A stretch of 64,000 nucleotides of DNA, from NCBI GenBank assembly GCA_046292385.1, contig JBKBRF010000017.1, forward strand, positions 37,727-101,726. The letters run 5' to 3'. This stretch comes from Armatimonadota bacterium. GTDB lineage: Bacteria > Armatimonadota > SYMT01. The notes beneath the pieces are model-generated. The model was not told the origin of the DNA, ran no database searches, and worked only from the letters and a program-made list of their open reading frames with translations. Position 1 is the first letter of the stretch, and every line of letters begins with the position of its first letter. Positions 62,969 to 64,000 of this stretch are shown here, one piece after another. The position numbers and the translations under genes were made by a program.

Positions 62969-63808
62969 CTATGCGTTGCCCCAGTGCTCGGCGATCTTGC
63001 GGCGGATGAAGGCGACCGCCCGCACGGTGCCGGAGTGGCCTTCCGGGTTGTTGTCTTCCAGGCTGATGTAGCCGTCGTACCCGATGGAGGCGAGGCAGGC
63101 GAAGATCGGGTCGAAGTCGACGCTACCCTCTCCGATCACGCTGTGGTCGTACTTGCCGGGGAAGCGATCGCTGGCGTGGCTGTGCCAGACCTTGTGCTTG
63201 ACCCGCTCCAGCACCACCATCGGGTCGTTGTGGGTCATGAGCTGGTTGGAGCAGTCGAAGTTGATCCCGACGTAGCTCGACTCGATCCGCTCGAAGATCG
63301 CCAGGAACGTCTCCTGCCGGAACGAGAAGTCTTCCTCGGTCCAGCGACGGTCGCGGTAGTGGTTTTCGTAGCCGAGCTTCACCCCGCGCGGCTCGGCGTA
63401 GTCGGCCAGCGCGAGCAGGCCCTCGACCGCCCACTCGATCCCCTGCTCCTCGCTCACGCCGGGGTGGCGGCAGCCGGCGGTCACCCGCACGCCCGCGGCG
63501 CCGATCTCCCGCGCGACGTCGACCTCGTGCTTCATCTCCTCCAGCACGCGGGCTCGCTCCGCCGCGTCCGGATGGGTGAAGTCGGGTGCGCAGGTCCATT
63601 GAGAGACCGAGAGGCCGTACCGCTCCTGCAGCCGCCGTACCTCCCGGATATGCTCCAGCGAGTGCGGCTGGATCACGCCGTAATGCCACTCCACGTGCGT
63701 GATGCCGAGATCCCGCGCCTCCGCGCAGACCTCTTCGAGGGTGGGGCGGCCCTCATCGATCATCGAGTTGACGTAGCGCAGGGGGTTCCAGGAAACGGTA
63801 GGCGGCAC
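62969..63808 (-). CDS. Sugar phosphate isomerase/epimerase (xylose-isomerase-like TIM barrel)
   Basis: GVKLGYENH, INFDCSN, HSHASD, IGEGSVDF, GYDGYISLE. Confidence 0.88.
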   Translation of the reverse strand: MPPTVSWNPLRYVNSMIDEGRPTLEEVCAEARDLGITHVEWHYGVIQPHSLEHIREVRRLQERYGLSVSQWTCAPDFTHPDAAERARVLEEMKHEVDVAREIGAAGVRVTAGCRHPGVSEEQGIEWAVEGLLALADYAEPRGVKLGYENHYRDRRWTEEDFSFRQETFLAIFERIESSYVGINFDCSNQLMTHNDPMVVLERVKHKVWHSHASDRFPGKYDHSVIGEGSVDFDPIFACLASIGYDGYISLEDNNPEGHSGTVRAVAFIRRKIAEHWGNA

Positions 63809-64000
63809 GGAGATCTCTCCCGAGAGGCGGAAAGCTGGACGTAGGACGTCTCGCGTAGTGCTGAGTATTGCGTATCGCGTATTCCGTAGCGGGCGGCGTA
63901 CTCCGCGCCACCATTACGTCGTGCCGGGCGGAGCGCTGAAGAAGCGTCTCGCCCGGCACGACGCTGCGGTGCAGCGGTCGAAGCACCACGCTACGCAATA

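Overview
High-GC bacterial chromosomal window with no rRNA, no canonical tRNA, no CRISPR array and no intact transposase. The DUF1559 prepilin, CRTAC1/TPR/multiheme clusters and short intergenic repeats are typical of Armatimonadota/Planctomycetota-like genomes (inference only). The most notable locus is 1.2-4.1 kb: a small ribbon-helix-helix gene, then about 900 nt of non-coding DNA holding seven Y-RNA-like units in the order A-B-C-A-B-C-(rod)-A, then a Ro60/TROVE (rsr) gene. Type A units are short, animal-like Y RNAs. Type C units follow the YrlA order (T arm, closed acceptor stem, D arm), complete in C1 and reduced in C2. Type B units are circularly permuted: a normal tRNA cloverleaf whose anticodon loop is replaced by the Ro60-binding helix capped with a GAGA tetraloop. 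A second candidate novel system is at 10.2-15.0 kb: a soluble TPR histidine kinase, a sigma-54 promoter, an S8 protease with nine QALWSD repeats, and a coupled small secreted peptide ending QVLWSD. The rest is an ECF sigma/XRE/IrrE-like trio, ABC-2 (DUF990-type) exporter genes at three sites, Fe3+ and molybdate ABC importers, glycoside hydrolases, trpF, housekeeping and stress genes, one MITE and several REP-like/short tandem repeat families. All calls come from reading the sequence and motifs; no database searches or folding programs were run.
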